Made by a program: the position numbers and the translations under genes. A model generated the notes under the pieces. The model saw only the letters and a program-made list of their open reading frames with translations, searched no databases and had not been told where the DNA came from. DNA of 59,969 nucleotides, filler included, from Sphacelaria rigidula (lineage: Eukaryota): NCBI GenBank assembly GCA_964200075.2. It is 4 parts of 4 records of this genome, joined end to end, with 100 filler letters (N's around TTAATTAATTAA, not from the genome) between each part and the next. Parts side by side here need not be neighbours in the genome. Positions count along the whole stretch, not along the records: positions 30,041 to 44,956 come from CAXNAA020001990.1; positions 45,057 to 59,969 come from CAXNAA020001991.1; 2 more parts are not named here. One strand, 5' to 3'. This document shows, piece after piece, positions 37,617-50,447 of this stretch. How positions within the stretch are numbered: the stretch's first letter is position 1; each line of letters begins with the position of its first letter.

Positions 37617-39240
37617 GACATTACTTACGACGATACGTCGACGGATGATCCTGTCGATTAGTAGCCATTACCGACGACAATAATGGCGTCTATTACAGCC
37701 GATTCTATTGCTATTGCAAAATCTGTTGTCTATTGTTCACGGCATGAGTTTACTCGTGCCCTTCGGTTACCGTCTGAGACCACATAAACAGAACGGCAAG
37801 GTCATATCAAAGTATTGTCTACCCGTTACCACAGAGCGCAGATATAATGGTTCACTTGTCTTCACGTGTTTCCGCGCAATAACCTTCGGTGACAAGCATG
37901 CGCAGGAAATATTTAACCTCCACATACGTGTAGTATTTTAAGACAGAGCAATGCTTTTATCGAGTGATGTCTGCGACGACAGAGTTCATACGCGAACTAG
38001 CTTTACAGCGGAGGATAACAAAGCACTTCCTCACTTAAAGCATAGTACCACTGCAAGCAGCAGCTGCTCGAGTACTGTATGAATGGCGCTTCTCTCACCT
38101 CGTGATCGCTGGTTATTTCGAGGTCGTCGGCGCGTGGCGGGAGTGACTTTCCCCACCATGCATTCATGTGTGTTGTAGATTATACCACACACAATTTGTT
38201 GTGTATCATCATGTACGGCGGAATTATACCCAATTAATTCGAGTACGAAGGGCGCCCGCAGTCAGCAAGCGTTCAGCAGGTGTTGAAGACCAAGTCATTA
38301 CTTTCAGGCGCACACTAGTTGCACTTGTATGCGAAATTTGTTTCTCAAGGTTGGCCAACTTGGTGAAGCCATCAACCAAGGCGGTGGAAAGTGCCACCGC
38401 GTATAGCAGAGTGCGTCAAATAGCTGCGGCACATTCCACCATTGGTTCATTCAAAAAACAAGATTGAGGGGTACCCACGGGCCACAATTTCACCGTGGGT
38501 ATACAGTAAAATACATCGTAGCGTATTGTCCACGATTTCCCCCGGCCACTCCTTATCCGTGCCACATCCGGCGACGGCTGTACGACGGTATTCATTCTCC
38601 TCACGCATCTGTACCGACATCAAATGCAGATAGCTTACGCGCAACAAGTGCGCTAGGCAGTGTGCTCAGACGCCGAAGGGATACGGGCGATTTTCGGATC
38701 ATGAGCAGATTATTCCGGAACAGTTGCCTGGACTACATGTGTGCCGCGAATTTGACGACATGGCAGCTGAGCAGTCTTCGAACTTGCTCCTCGTATGTCG
38801 ATCGTTGCTATTCCTTTTCCGGCTGCTTTTCATCCTGTTGCCCAGTTTGAACTGTGTTTTTTGCGCGAATTTTCTACTTTTCAGCCGAAAAATGAGTATC
38901 AAATGCTTAGGACAACTTTCCTTGACTGCGAGCGCCCCCTGTATCGACAAAACATACGGTTCTAAGATACGCACTTACACGACAAACAAAACCCACCACC
39001 ACCACAGGTGTATGAAGGAACGGGTGGGAGGTTCTTCCCATCAGCAGGAGAAATCGCGTGACAAATTCACTTCAACCGCATGTTTGCCTTGTTCGTGGCC
39101 AGCGAACGATTATGGATCAGCATTTTTCGCGTAGATGTTTTCTTCTTGCCTTCCTCTGCAGGCTGTTTGATTTATGGGTATGGGTGGTATGCTCCTTGCA
39201 CTCTGTGACCACGGGTTCGAGAGATCGAGCTAATGTGACC

Positions 39241-39342
39241 AACATAATAACAAGAATAGTGATAATAACAATAACAATAACAATAATGATAATGATAATG
39301 GTGATAATAATAATAATGATGATAAGAATGATAATAATATTG

Positions 39343-39375
<33 letters not shown>

Positions 39376-39459
39376 GTAATAGTAATAATAATAGTAATAG
39401 TAATAATAATAGTAATAATAATAATAATAATAGTGATGATGATAATGATAATAATAATT
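39241..39459. repeat. Imperfect (ATA)n microsatellite, probably the tail of a minus-strand LINE 3' end (39460-40090)
   Basis: The repeat is read directly; the LINE-tail origin is inferred. Confidence 0.85.
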
Positions 39460-40129
39460 TAGGAACCAATGTCCTCATACCTGGGAGATGGGGAGGGTTA
39501 GACAGTACCATCAGGACGCACTGAGGGTAAGTAACTCGTCCAAAGTACGCCGTCGACCGGACACAGTGGAGAGTCCTCGTACATGTACTCCATAAATACA
39601 CAGAGTTTTCGGGATTTGGGGTGGCCGGGGAACTCACGAGTGCATTTGTCAGCTTAATGTTTTTTCTTCTTCAAACGACTAACCTTCAAACAGGCTTGAT
39701 GCTCGTGATGAACCTTCGTATTTCGGAAGGATGAGGGGACACACGGGTACCGACTGCGGAGAGCAGTAGTCAGCGTCGACCACGTTCAAGGCACACCGTT
39801 GTAGCGTGAGTTGAACTAACTTTGCCTAAACTCCTGCTCCTACTTCTACGTCTACTCCTACTCCAAGTCCTACTCGTCCCCGCCGTCCTCGTCTTCCTCC
39901 TTCTCCTACCAATGCTTCTCCCACTAGACACCTTCGGGAACCTATGGTAAATACATTTTCCCCGTATATATGATCTATAGATCTGAGAGGAACATGCGGT
40001 ACACGTCTCACAACCTCATGGCTGTACGATTAGTTTGACAGTGATGGATGCCGGTTTTCGTCCGCACAACACCTGAATAAACCCTCCTGCCGAAATGGAT
40101 GGAGCGATGTTCGAACCTCGCTGTACAGT

Positions 40130-40335
40130 TCTTCTTCTCGCCACACATTCAATCTTGACCCCTACCCTTCCTCGGGACGAGTCCATGATCGTGAGTGATC
40201 AACCCATCTCTCCCCCGATACACGCGTTGCTATCTGGTATCGCGGATAGGATCGGCAATGCCGCACCGGGTCGGCTGTCGTCAGACATTCTTCGATACTC
40301 AAGCCCTTCGGCTTTCAACGTTGGAAATTAGATAC
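40130..40335 (-). mobile_element. SINE family 2 fragment
   Basis: gacgagtcc..gatcaaccc..tctcccc..tcgcggat..ccgcaccg is the reverse complement of 36040-36135. Confidence 0.6.
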
Positions 40336-40915
40336 CTATTGAAGAAAAACCCAAGTGCGTCTGCCGGGATTTGAAATCACTTTCGGCGAGCCATGGTGCA
40401 CCCTGCGAGCGATACAAACTGGAAGGCAAGGAATGTGGATCGCACATGCCTAAGAACGATACTCGCCGACTGGAATCGCACATTCTGCCCCCGACCGCAG
40501 CCCGACTAGGGACGGTTGAGTCAAGGTAAGTTGACCCCAACGAACGACCAAACGACACAACCGCGCGTAGGAGAGAGTGTCTTTACATTGTGTCAGTGGT
40601 GTTGTAAGACTCGAACTAGCCACTGGGCCATGCCGATAGTGTGGGACTTCAGGCTCAACCCTGCCGCTGCTGAGTGACATTGCTCAACCCTGCAGCCGAA
40701 GAGTTTTACCCGCACCCGGAGCACTATAACGGAAAAAACGTCGATGAAGATGAGACATGTGTGAGTAAGTGCCAGATTCGGCAGACTGGAAACTAGCGGC
40801 CGACGCCGTCTGGGACGGCTGCACCCTTCCCGCGAGACTTAAAACGCAAGGCGAGTACCATGATCGGTTTGCCCAAGAAAAATCAGAAGATATAAGTTTG
40901 CGCGTAATATTAGAA

Positions 40916-41191
40916 GAGTGATGCTACGGTAGGGGTTGCACTTTTTAGCGAAAAGGTTTCTCGGGGCTACTCGGGGTGTTGGACGGGTCATTTTGTAAAT
41001 TGGCATAATTTTTTCTGAAAAAAGACCGACAATGATGCCAAGTCACGAAAAGGCCTCTGCGCGCAAAGACCATGTTTCCGAGAGTCCGGTCCCCAGAGAT
41101 TTGGGTTGCACAGTAAACCCCATACAATTGTGCTCCTACAAGGAAGAGAGCCTCAGAAACAAAAAGTGCAACCCCTACCGGAGCATTGCTC
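40916..41191. mobile_element. Sola-like MITE (276 bp)
   Basis: ~30-bp TIR gag(t/c)(g/a)atgct(a/c)cggtaggggttgcacttttt; TSD agaa. Confidence 0.88.
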
Positions 41192-41439
41192 AGAAGGAGG
41201 AAAGTACCCAAAACGAGGGCAAAGCAAAGTGCAAGGTGCGTAGATGTAGATAAGGCTAGAGCTAGGTCGCGTATAGGAGCTCAAAGTGACGACCCACAAC
41301 GTTTAAAACACGGCCCGTCACGAGAAAGGACGGGGCTGGTCGTGGTGAGGTGGTTCTGCGAAAGTGTCGAGCGGTGAGTTGTGACGCGTCGGACTCCAGG
41401 AGAGAAGGATACGAGGCCGAACCGAATTTGCTGCCGCAG

Positions 41440-44400
41440 AATACCGTGTATTCTGCTGCGGGGCGGAAGGGGGCACGGAAAGGGCTAGACAACATGGGGT
41501 TAGATTGGCGGTCGAGGTGTCGATCATCCATAAGGCGATATGGACTCAGGCGCTCATCAGCGAACGTCTCATTCCGACGACTTTCAACCCGGCAGGCAAG
41601 TCGAGCGCTCCCACGTTTGCAGTTGCCTATGCCCCTACAGACATATCAGAATCACGAGAAGGGAGATATATGTTCTGGACTGAGCTGAAGAGCATTGTGA
41701 ACCGAATTCCCAACAACTACCACCTACTACGTTTGATGGACGCTAACGCTAGGACTGAGGTAAGAATAGGAGAGGAGATCTGTAAAGTAGTTGAGGCGAA
41801 CGATCAGTACTCCCGAGCCAACGACATCATCCGGACCTCTTTGCTACAATTTGCGGGTGACAGCAGGATCACCCCGGTCGACACGTTTTTTCCACCCCCG
41901 AGGGAGACACTATGGCATGCATGATTATGAGTACATCCCGAGGGAGGCACGTCGCGTACATTCAACGGTATTGTGATTCATCCGAATTAACTACATCCTT
42001 ATACGGCAAGATCACCGCAGGCTTGTTTGCAATGCCGTTGTCCACCTGCAACCATCCAACGTACCGAACTCTGATCACAGCATCATGTGCGCCTCAGTGC
42101 GACGCCTTGGTCGCTTTGCACGCAACCAACCTTGGCGACCCTCACTCGGAGCAAATGTCAGGCGGGCAATAACATCTCACACCGGGATGATGCCACGGTA
42201 GGGATGCAACTTTCAGTTCAAAGGTTTTCGAAGCTGCGCAGTAATGCCCAGATATTTGCCATCAAGAGGCTCCTACAACTAAGAGCCAAAAAAGAAACAA
42301 AAGAGCACCCCTACCGTGGCATTGGTCGCCGACAGAGGTGAGCAACCCACCCAGCTCATCACCAGCGAGCTGAAGCGGGGTAGAACTGGTGATGCGGTCA
42401 GTGCATTCGCTATGACCTTCGCCAACATGCTCCTGATCGAGCCCGTTGACAAGGTGGTACTTTATCAGACCCGGAAGCCACGTATACCGGGGTCGTTCGA
42501 GGATACTGCCACCCGGGCGGAGTGCGAACAGGCGTGGGATCAGCGGAAAAATAGCGAGGTTGATAGCACCAATGGCACCGCGAGGAAATCCCGCGTGGTG
42601 CACCTTGCGAGCAGCGTGCAGACAACTCAAAGGGGTGCTCCAAGCTGGGGTAGGCGGGTACCTAGATTTGTGCACGAAGAATCGGAGGAGTATACCATCA
42701 TTGGGGACATGCGAGGAGGGTACAGACATCTGAAAGGAGTGTGGAGTCTGCCGGGACACGAAGTAGAGAGCGAGCAGTATGTCAAGGACGGCGACGGAAA
42801 CCTGCTGGGGGACAAGAGTTCAATTTGTAAGAGATGGGAGCGATACTCTCCATGTTGCTGAATTCCATATCCATGACTATCGACTGAGCCGCCATCGAGC
42901 ACATTGCGTACGATCGACAACGCTGTCACTCGCAGACCCGACAAACCCAACGGAAACTGAGAAGGCCCTGAAAGCTATGACTCACGGCAAAGCGACGGGT
43001 CCGGGTGGTCCACTGCTGAACCCCTCAAGCTGGGGTTGATAAGCTAGCCTTCGGCGATTCTGTATTTCACCGAATCATCGCTGCTGTTTGGACATTTGGC
43101 GAGAAGCCGCAGGAGTGGAAATACGATACGCCACTGTCAAAGTGTCACGCAAGAGGAAATGTACCGGGTGTGGTAACTACGCGGGCATCTCCCTCGTGGC
43201 ACATGCTGATGGAGTTCTTAAAGTCGTAGATGACAGAGGAGGCAGGGATCTTCCCGTAAGAATAGTGCGGGTCCCGACGCCAACGATCGACCACCGGCAT
43301 GATGTTCATGGTACGCCCACTACGGGAGTTGGGATGGACGAGAGCAATGCTCCGGTGGGGGTTGCACTTTTATTTTGGGGCTTTCCTTTTCGTAGGAGTA
43401 AAGATGCATAGGGCTTACTGTGAAACCTTGAACCTTTCCGGACCAGACTCCCAGAAACATGGTGTTTTCACGCAGGGGTTATTTTCTGAATCGGCACCAT
43501 TTTCATTCTTTTTCGAGTAAAAATGATGCCGACTCACAAAATGGCCCCTTCAAAACCCCGAACAGCCGCGAAAACCCTTGTAGCTACAAATAATGCAACC
43601 CCTGCCGTAGTATTACTCACGAGCAACGTCGCACTAAACGTGTTCATTATCGGCCTATAAAGACGTATTTTTTCATAGACCGCTCGCTCCTGTGGGAGGT
43701 GCTTGCTCGTTTCGGGATCCCGCCGCGGATGGTCAATATCATCCGTGTGTTTCACGATGGTATGCGATCTCGGGTACTGTTGGATGATGGCGAAGTACCA
43801 GCGCGGTTCCACGTCTGTTAGAGACTCACGAAAGGATGCGTTTCCTACCTTTTACTATTTAACATCTCCGATGCAGCCTTGGTCAACGTGAAGTTACAGC
43901 GGTTCGCGGCGGACCCAACCATCGTCTCGACTCAGTAGGTGTAGATGATGCGCCAAAAGATGGCAATCGTGACCTCCTCGAAGAGATGCGGGTGGAGGCG
44001 GTGAGGGGCGCGGTGTAGGGAATGGTATATGCGGGTGACGCCGGCATAGTGTCGAGGTCCCCAGACCCGGCTTGCTGGAGTGATGGCCACGATAGTGATG
44101 GTCAGCGTCGGAGAGCCAGACAGAGTCCATGCACCTTTCATCAGTACCCAGCTCCGTAGAGACTGCGTTGTGCATCAAGGCGGAAGGTTAACGACTACAG
44201 TAGACTTCTGAGTTTGTCAACCCAGGTGGTGCTGTCAGCACGGATGGAAAAATCTCCGTCGAAACCACCTCCCGCATCAGTGTCGTGTGGGTACGTCTCC
44301 GAAAGCATACTTCCCAACTCTACGGTCGGCACAACGCCCAGCTATCTCTGAAAATCGGGCTGCTGAACGAGGACGTGGTCGAAGCTATGCTGCACGGATG

Positions 44401-44820
44401 TGCTACGTGGGCGCTACGTCCTCCGAGAGTCTGCACGCTGCCCACCACCGGCTTTTACTGCGAGTGGTTGGATTCCGCAGGAAGGAGCGAACTGACCACA
44501 AGACTTTGTCGCTCGGAGATATGCTCGAGATGACCACTTGCGAACGTAGCAAGGTGGACATCTGTCGACGTCAACTCTGATTTGCGGGTGCCCTTGTCTG
44601 GTAGGACGAAATATGTCTTCCACAGCGCATCATGTTCTGATAATTAGCCGCATTAGGGCCCAAGGAGGCCCCCCGGTCCCCCAAACATTGGGGGAAGCGC
44701 CTCCAGGAAACCTACGTGCACTAGAGACTCTTCCACGCAAGGGAGAACGACATGAATGGTTCGTCCATGGTGTGGATGTCGGAGACGCATACGATTGAGG
44801 TTTTGATTGATTGATTGATT
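41440..44820 (+). mobile_element. Degenerate RTE-like LINE (APE endonuclease and RT), (GATT)n tail
   Basis: AVAYAPTD..FWTEL..LMDANART (APE); GKATGP, CGNYAGISLVAHA, LLFNI, GMVYAGDAGIVS (RT); VVEAMLHGCATW; gattgattgattgatt at 44805. The 5' region probably extends to ~40400. Confidence 0.88.
43342..43618. mobile_element. Sola-like MITE (277 bp) inserted in the RTE RT
   Basis: gagcaatgctccggtgggggttgcac / tgcaacccctgccgtagtattactc; TSD acga. Confidence 0.88.
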
Positions 44821-44956
44821 GTTGCACTTCAACTGACCCCCCCCAGGGATCCAGTCGTGTTTACATGATAGACGTTCTCGAGACAATACAAAACTAAAGC
44901 GCTCGCTGAAGAAGACAAATTATTATATTATTATATCCATCACATTAGCTCGATCT

Positions 44957-45056
44957 NNNNNNNNNNNNNNNNNNNNNNNNNNNNNNNNNNNNNNNNNNNN
45001 TTAATTAATTAANNNNNNNNNNNNNNNNNNNNNNNNNNNNNNNNNNNNNNNNNNNN
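44957..45056. other. Artificial contig spacer
   Basis: N44-TTAATTAATTAA-N44. Confidence 0.97.
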
Positions 45057-45189
45057 AATTATAACCGCTACATGTCCTAAAAATTTGGAGGTCAATAACC
45101 GAAATGTTGGGGTCCTACGGGGAAATCCAATTTCAGGGTATTTCGGCGATCCGCAATCAAAAGCACCATCCTCAACATAGATGATTGGC

Positions 45190-47465
45190 TGTTAGGTGCT
45201 CTTCCTCGTCTACTTTGCGTCTGAGCGTTCCTTTCCCCCCATATTTCCATAATGTCTCTTACTTTTGTCTTGTACCCCGCGCCTTCATCTATGCACGGTA
45301 TTTCGTCTTGGTTTCCTCCTGTCTATCTCCATACTTTCTCGACTTGTTTATTCCACCTTATTGCAGCCCGCCAAATCGTTTTTGTTTCCCATACATACAG
45401 CTTTATTCAATATAGTCGGCAACCTCTTTCTCCGTATGTTCTTGAAGCTGTATTCTCATCGCAATTTTCTCATGTCTCTGTTTCAAGTGAGTAAATTCTC
45501 AACTCTGCTCTCAATGCTGTATTACGCATCGTTTTCGAGCATCCAAGTATTTTCTGAGTACTGTTTCCAACTTCTTCACTAACATCGCGTTCCTCTCCCA
45601 TACTTTTACATGTTCCAGCTTCGGTACAATCACATTTATCAGGGTACATATCTTGATCCTAGCGTTTAGGTGCGGCTCTCTGAGGATCACGTCCATCCCG
45701 CCCATTTGTGCCTTACCCGTTTCTATTACCTTGCTCATGTGTGCATCCCGAGAACATTTTCTTGAGATTTTCACGCCTAGGTATGTATACTAGTCTACGA
45801 CCGGCAATTCATCTTCTCCCCACTTCCATTCGAACTCTATCGGATTTTTCCCATCTTCGTTACAGACAAGTACGGCGCATTTGTTAACGTTCACTTTCAC
45901 TCTCCATTACCTACGGTATTCTAGAGCCTTCTCTATCTGTTTCTGTAACCCTTCTGGTGTTCCTGAAATCCCCACGAGATCATCCGCGAACATCAAACCT
46001 GATATCACATCTTCACCCTCCTTGACCCCTTCCTTTGATGCTTCTATTGCTACTACCAAGTCATAAATAAATACCTTGAACAAAGTTTTTTTTTTCCTTG
46101 ATGGAAGGAGGAAACCCAACCCAACGCTTACCCCGCTGACGATCGCAAACGATCGCGGGCGAGTTCGTGTGCCGATTACCCGGAGGCTCGGCTAGACCGC
46201 CTTGCGGCGGTTATGTGGGGAAGGCGCCTCGAGCGATGGCTCAAGGCAGTGTGGGGGATGCTCCCACAAAACTTCCCTGTCAACTAGTAGATGATAACGT
46301 ACATCCTTGTGCAACTCCTTGAAAATATCAAAATAGTTCGATACTTTCCCGTCTAGCATCAAAGCACTTTTAGCACATTCTGTCATCTTCACCATTCTCC
46401 CATCTTTCCTCTAATCCCAGCTCCCCACCGCCTTGTCCACAATCCATTTCTCCATACTGTGGCATAGGTGTTTTGCGCATCCAAGAAGAAAAAGTACGTT
46501 TTCAACCCGGTGTATTTCTCACCCTGAAAAATCTTACCGAGTGTGTACACATGGTCGGCGCAACTACGGTTTGGCCTGAATCCTGCTTGTCTCTCGCTGA
46601 TCTTCTCTTCATTTTCTAGCACCGTTTTTACTCAATCGTTCAGAGCCTTACATAATGTTTTCCCTACCGTACTCAGTGGCGTCATCCCTCTATAGGTTCC
46701 CGGCTGAGCCTTGTCTCCTTTTTTAAAAAGATTGACGACTTCTCCTTCCCTCCACCTCTTGGGTGTGTACTCGTTTTCCCATATCCAGTTATGCAGCATA
46801 ACCATCATGGTAATCATTCCCTCTCCCCCGTGCTTCAGATGTTCATTCACTGTTTCATCTGCCCCTGCTGCCTTTCTGTTCTTGAGTTTAGCTACGCACT
46901 CCTTTCTTTCATCTCTGGTAAATTCTCTGCATTTCTTTCGAGCCTCTATCCTCCTGTTTTGACGTCTGTACATTTGCCTCTGTCCATGCGTTGATATTTC
47001 TGTCAAATTTGCATGTCGAACTCCGTGGTCGTTTTTGGCGTTCCTAGTTTACGGTAGTGCTCGACTAGCACTTCTCTTTCCCCCTTCGAACTGCTGATCA
47101 TTTTATCGTTCTGTGCCCAGTGTGTGGTTTTCCCGTTATCTATCTTCCCTGCCTGGTCTCTCGCTATCCCTTTTAGCCCTGCCTACATTTGTTTCATCCC
47201 GCCATCGAAATCTTCATTTGTTTTTATCCCTACGTCTTCCCATAGTCCCTTCTTTTTCTGCTGTACCATATTTCTTACTTCCTTTCGAGCTTTAGTATAC
47301 TCCTCTCCCATCCTGCCCTAGTTTTACTCGATATCTATCCCGCTTGGGCCTCTCTCCTTACTCGTATAGCATCTTTCACTTCCTCATCCCCCTATTTTAC
47401 TGCTCTGTTGCATACTATCAGTTTTTTCCCTGTGATTTCTCTCGCTGTAACCTTGACCAAATGCT
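45190..47465 (-). mobile_element. LINE reverse transcriptase pseudogene (clade uncertain)
   Basis: KLKNRKAAGAD, KKGDKAQPGTYRG, ERQAGFRPNRSCADHVYTL, VWRNGLW, GVAQGCTLS, GLMFADDLVG, YTYLG; several frameshifts. Confidence 0.92.
46086..46285 (-). mobile_element. 200-nt structured, poly(A)-tailed insertion in the LINE RT
   Basis: Splits QGCTLSST|LFKVF; A10 tail on the minus strand; five or more hairpins. Confidence 0.8.
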
Positions 47466-50447
47466 TCCATCCTTTTAACACCGGGGGGGGGGGGGGGGGG
47501 GCCGCGGGTTATGCAGGGGGGGGGGGGGTGTGGACAACGGCGCGGGAAAAAATGCCCCCCCCGTCGGCAAGCGGNNNNNNNNNNTTGGTAGACAGGAGGG
47601 CGTAGAGGGAGGAGGGGGGGGAGGGAGGGGGGGGGGAGGGGAGAAAGGGGGTACCCATGGTCATGCATGGGGTTGGCGTCTGTTGACAACGACGCTGTAA
47701 AACATGCCACTCACTGCGGAAACTAGGCAACGAGATTATCGGTTGTGGTGTCTCGCTTGCGTTGTTTTGCGGTAACCATGATGGTAGTCGAGTTAAATCA
47801 TGTTGTGCGGCGTGGGAAAATCCCAACCCCGCACAAAGGGGATGCTCGTCCTACGTGATGCTTAAATGGTGAGACACCCATGAGGCGGGGTGTAAGCCAT
47901 GCTTGTGTCTAGAAGTAGCGATACCAAAATACCAAGCAACTCATTGTAGACTGTCATCCAAATGCAAGATGATCGGTGCACTTCGGGCCGAATAATGTTA
48001 GCAGGCTACAGCTCACCCTTCATGCGAATCGCCGAACACACCACGGCGCTTCGCGCTTGGTGAATGAGTGCGAGCCTGGTCCGGGGGAAACCCGGCGTAC
48101 TTCATCCCGCGTTCGTAGGGATGCAAGTTCAATGGTCTTTTGACTTTGGAATGCATGATGATGAGTACACCGTCCGACTCCCTCCGCTGCTTTTCCCGGA
48201 TTCTGGGTTGTATTTTCAAAGGCCATGAAGACTGAAGTAGTGCACGATCTCAAGAATGATCTTGAAATGGTGTTTGTCAGGCGCTTCGTACGTCATGGCT
48301 TCGAACTCCCAGCGGTCCTCTTCAGAGGTACGACTCATGTTTCGAAGTAAACGGATTGTCTTGGATAAAGAAGCCCGGCTGTTCATAGTGTAGATTATAC
48401 GTGTTTTTATTTTTGTCTCTTCATCCATTGCAAATGTTCTCGCATCGTAGACGAATGTGGCGAGGATCGGGAACTGCTCCTCGCCATCTTACGGGAGATA
48501 CTGCACGAGACCGGTGTCCGTTTGCACGATACTGATGATGTTGATAGCACAAATGAAGCGGCCACTGTACCTAAACTCCTATTCCCCTCGCCCGCGCGTT
48601 TACCGTACGTTTGGGATTTGGCACCGGGAGCAAGCGCCATTTCGCTCTCTCTACTTGCCAACGGCTGCACTGTACAATGGAATGTTTTGGGATTCGACTG
48701 CCAATGGGAGCCAGCGCCAGTCGACACAACACCAAATCCTGTCTCAACTGTCCAGCTATCGCTTCCTGATGGCACTGCCTTCCGCTCTCACCTTCAACGT
48801 GGGCAAAATCGAACACCCCGTTCAACTTCCCTGTTGCCTTGCGATAACTTCTGGGAGACCCTTCCATCGCGAAGGTATGGTTAGTGATACCTGTTTTCAA
48901 ACTTGAAAATACAAGTGCGGTGCGTGTGCGTTACTCATGCAGTCTGCCGATTCCGCTCATCTCCAGGTCGGTGTAAGTATGAATTCTGAGGCTTCTCTTT
49001 TGAAGCGAGACTATGGTGTCCACGTCGCGGACACCGTGGACGTGAAGACCAACGGAAGAGAGTGTTGGAGGGAGACACCGTCTCATTCGTTGGCGGGCAT
49101 GGTGTGTGCCTTGATCGGGGAAGACCTCCCTGAAGATCCGAGTATCCGCTTCTCTCGATGGAGCGGCAATTCCCTCACGAGGAAAGAGGTGGGATTTGGG
49201 AAACTCTGCGCGTTGCTTCTGCGTCCGCAACGATTTTCTGTAGTGCCCTCCTCATCACTGCATAGTTGTTTCCGTGGTGCTCTTCAAATTGCTGTTTTGT
49301 TCGTGTTTTCATGATGAACTACCCCCGTCTTACGATCACGGGTGCAGTATGCGTGCCTAGACGCGTACGCGTCCGTGGTCGTTTACCAGGACATCGAGAG
49401 ACTGGAAGATCCCACACGCACCCACGCACTGACAACGCTGCCGGTTTGGACAAAGGTGTGAGTATTGAATATTTTTGTATCAGGTGCGCCGAAGCTGTTT
49501 TCTTACGCCGTTCAATCATGTATGATGTGCATCACGATCGCTCGCAAGAGAAACTGCTATCACGCCCCAAATTTGTGTGTTGTATTCTGCTGTCTGAATA
49601 GGTGCGTCTCTACAGCAACAACCACGCCAAACGTGTTGGTCTTGGGAAGGTGTAGAATGGCGTGACTGCTCCTGAAGCTCTGCGCCGGTGGCGTCCTAGA
49701 CCGTGACAACGGTTGAAGGGGGTTTTTGTAGTCAAATTGAGTGAGACGCCCGTATCTGCTGCGTTCATCCCGCACAAGATGGCACGTTCCGTCTCCGGTG
49801 TGAATTGTACGACGATGAAACACTTCTTCGAGAGCGATGGCGACAGTGTTGTTCTGCCAATGTTCGCCTAGTAAGGGGTTGGCACAACATCCTCCGACCC
49901 CGGCACCTTCAGTACCTGAGAGTACAAGTGTCGTCTACGATGATGACGCCGAGTTCTTCGCTTTTGATCCACCTTGTCGTGTCGCGCGCTCGCCAGGTAA
50001 GGTCTTGCCCCCTCCTGTGACAATGTTGTGCTGAATGGTGGAACCCCCTGAATTTTGGGCACTTGGCGAACCATGCAAACTAAATTTGTTTGCATGGTTC
50101 GCCTTGTAGATGACGAGGACTTTGATGAGGACGGAGAGGACAGCGATGAGTATGATGACTGCGACGTCAGCCTCAGGAGCCGTGCTAGTGTCATACGAGC
50201 CGTTGACAAGAGCAGTGGTGATATCGACAATGGCCAAGATGCGAATGTTGCGAAGGTAGCAGGCGACTTTTTAGAGCGAGTATCGATGTTGTCCATGAAG
50301 GCTATTTCCTACAAACGCCAATCGTCGGTGTACTGCTACTGTGTTGGTTGTATTCATCCAATTTCCGCGGGAGAGGTGGTGCATGCTCAAGGTTCGCCTG
50401 AACACCTTTCACGAGCTTCAGCGTCGATCACGCCTGCTGAAGAAGAC

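Larger units (their letters stand above)
34966..37746. mobile_element. Older CACACCCTGG-family element carrying three nested insertions
   Basis: Degenerate TIRs acactctggacaa / ttgttcacggcatg; TSD agcttact/agtttact; collinear with 18817-20626. Confidence 0.78.

Noticed and set aside
38300-38610. Ulp1-like protease remnant on the minus strand (CFLNEPMV..FTKL)
   Set aside because: Similarity is too weak and the catalytic His/Cys motifs were not found.
39058-39637. Poly-Ile and poly-Leu membrane-protein-like ORFs
   Set aside because: They are translations of an (ATA)n microsatellite.
46130-46170. Hammerhead ribozyme core (CTGACGA plus hairpin)
   Set aside because: No GAAA follows stem II and there is no stem III/UH site.
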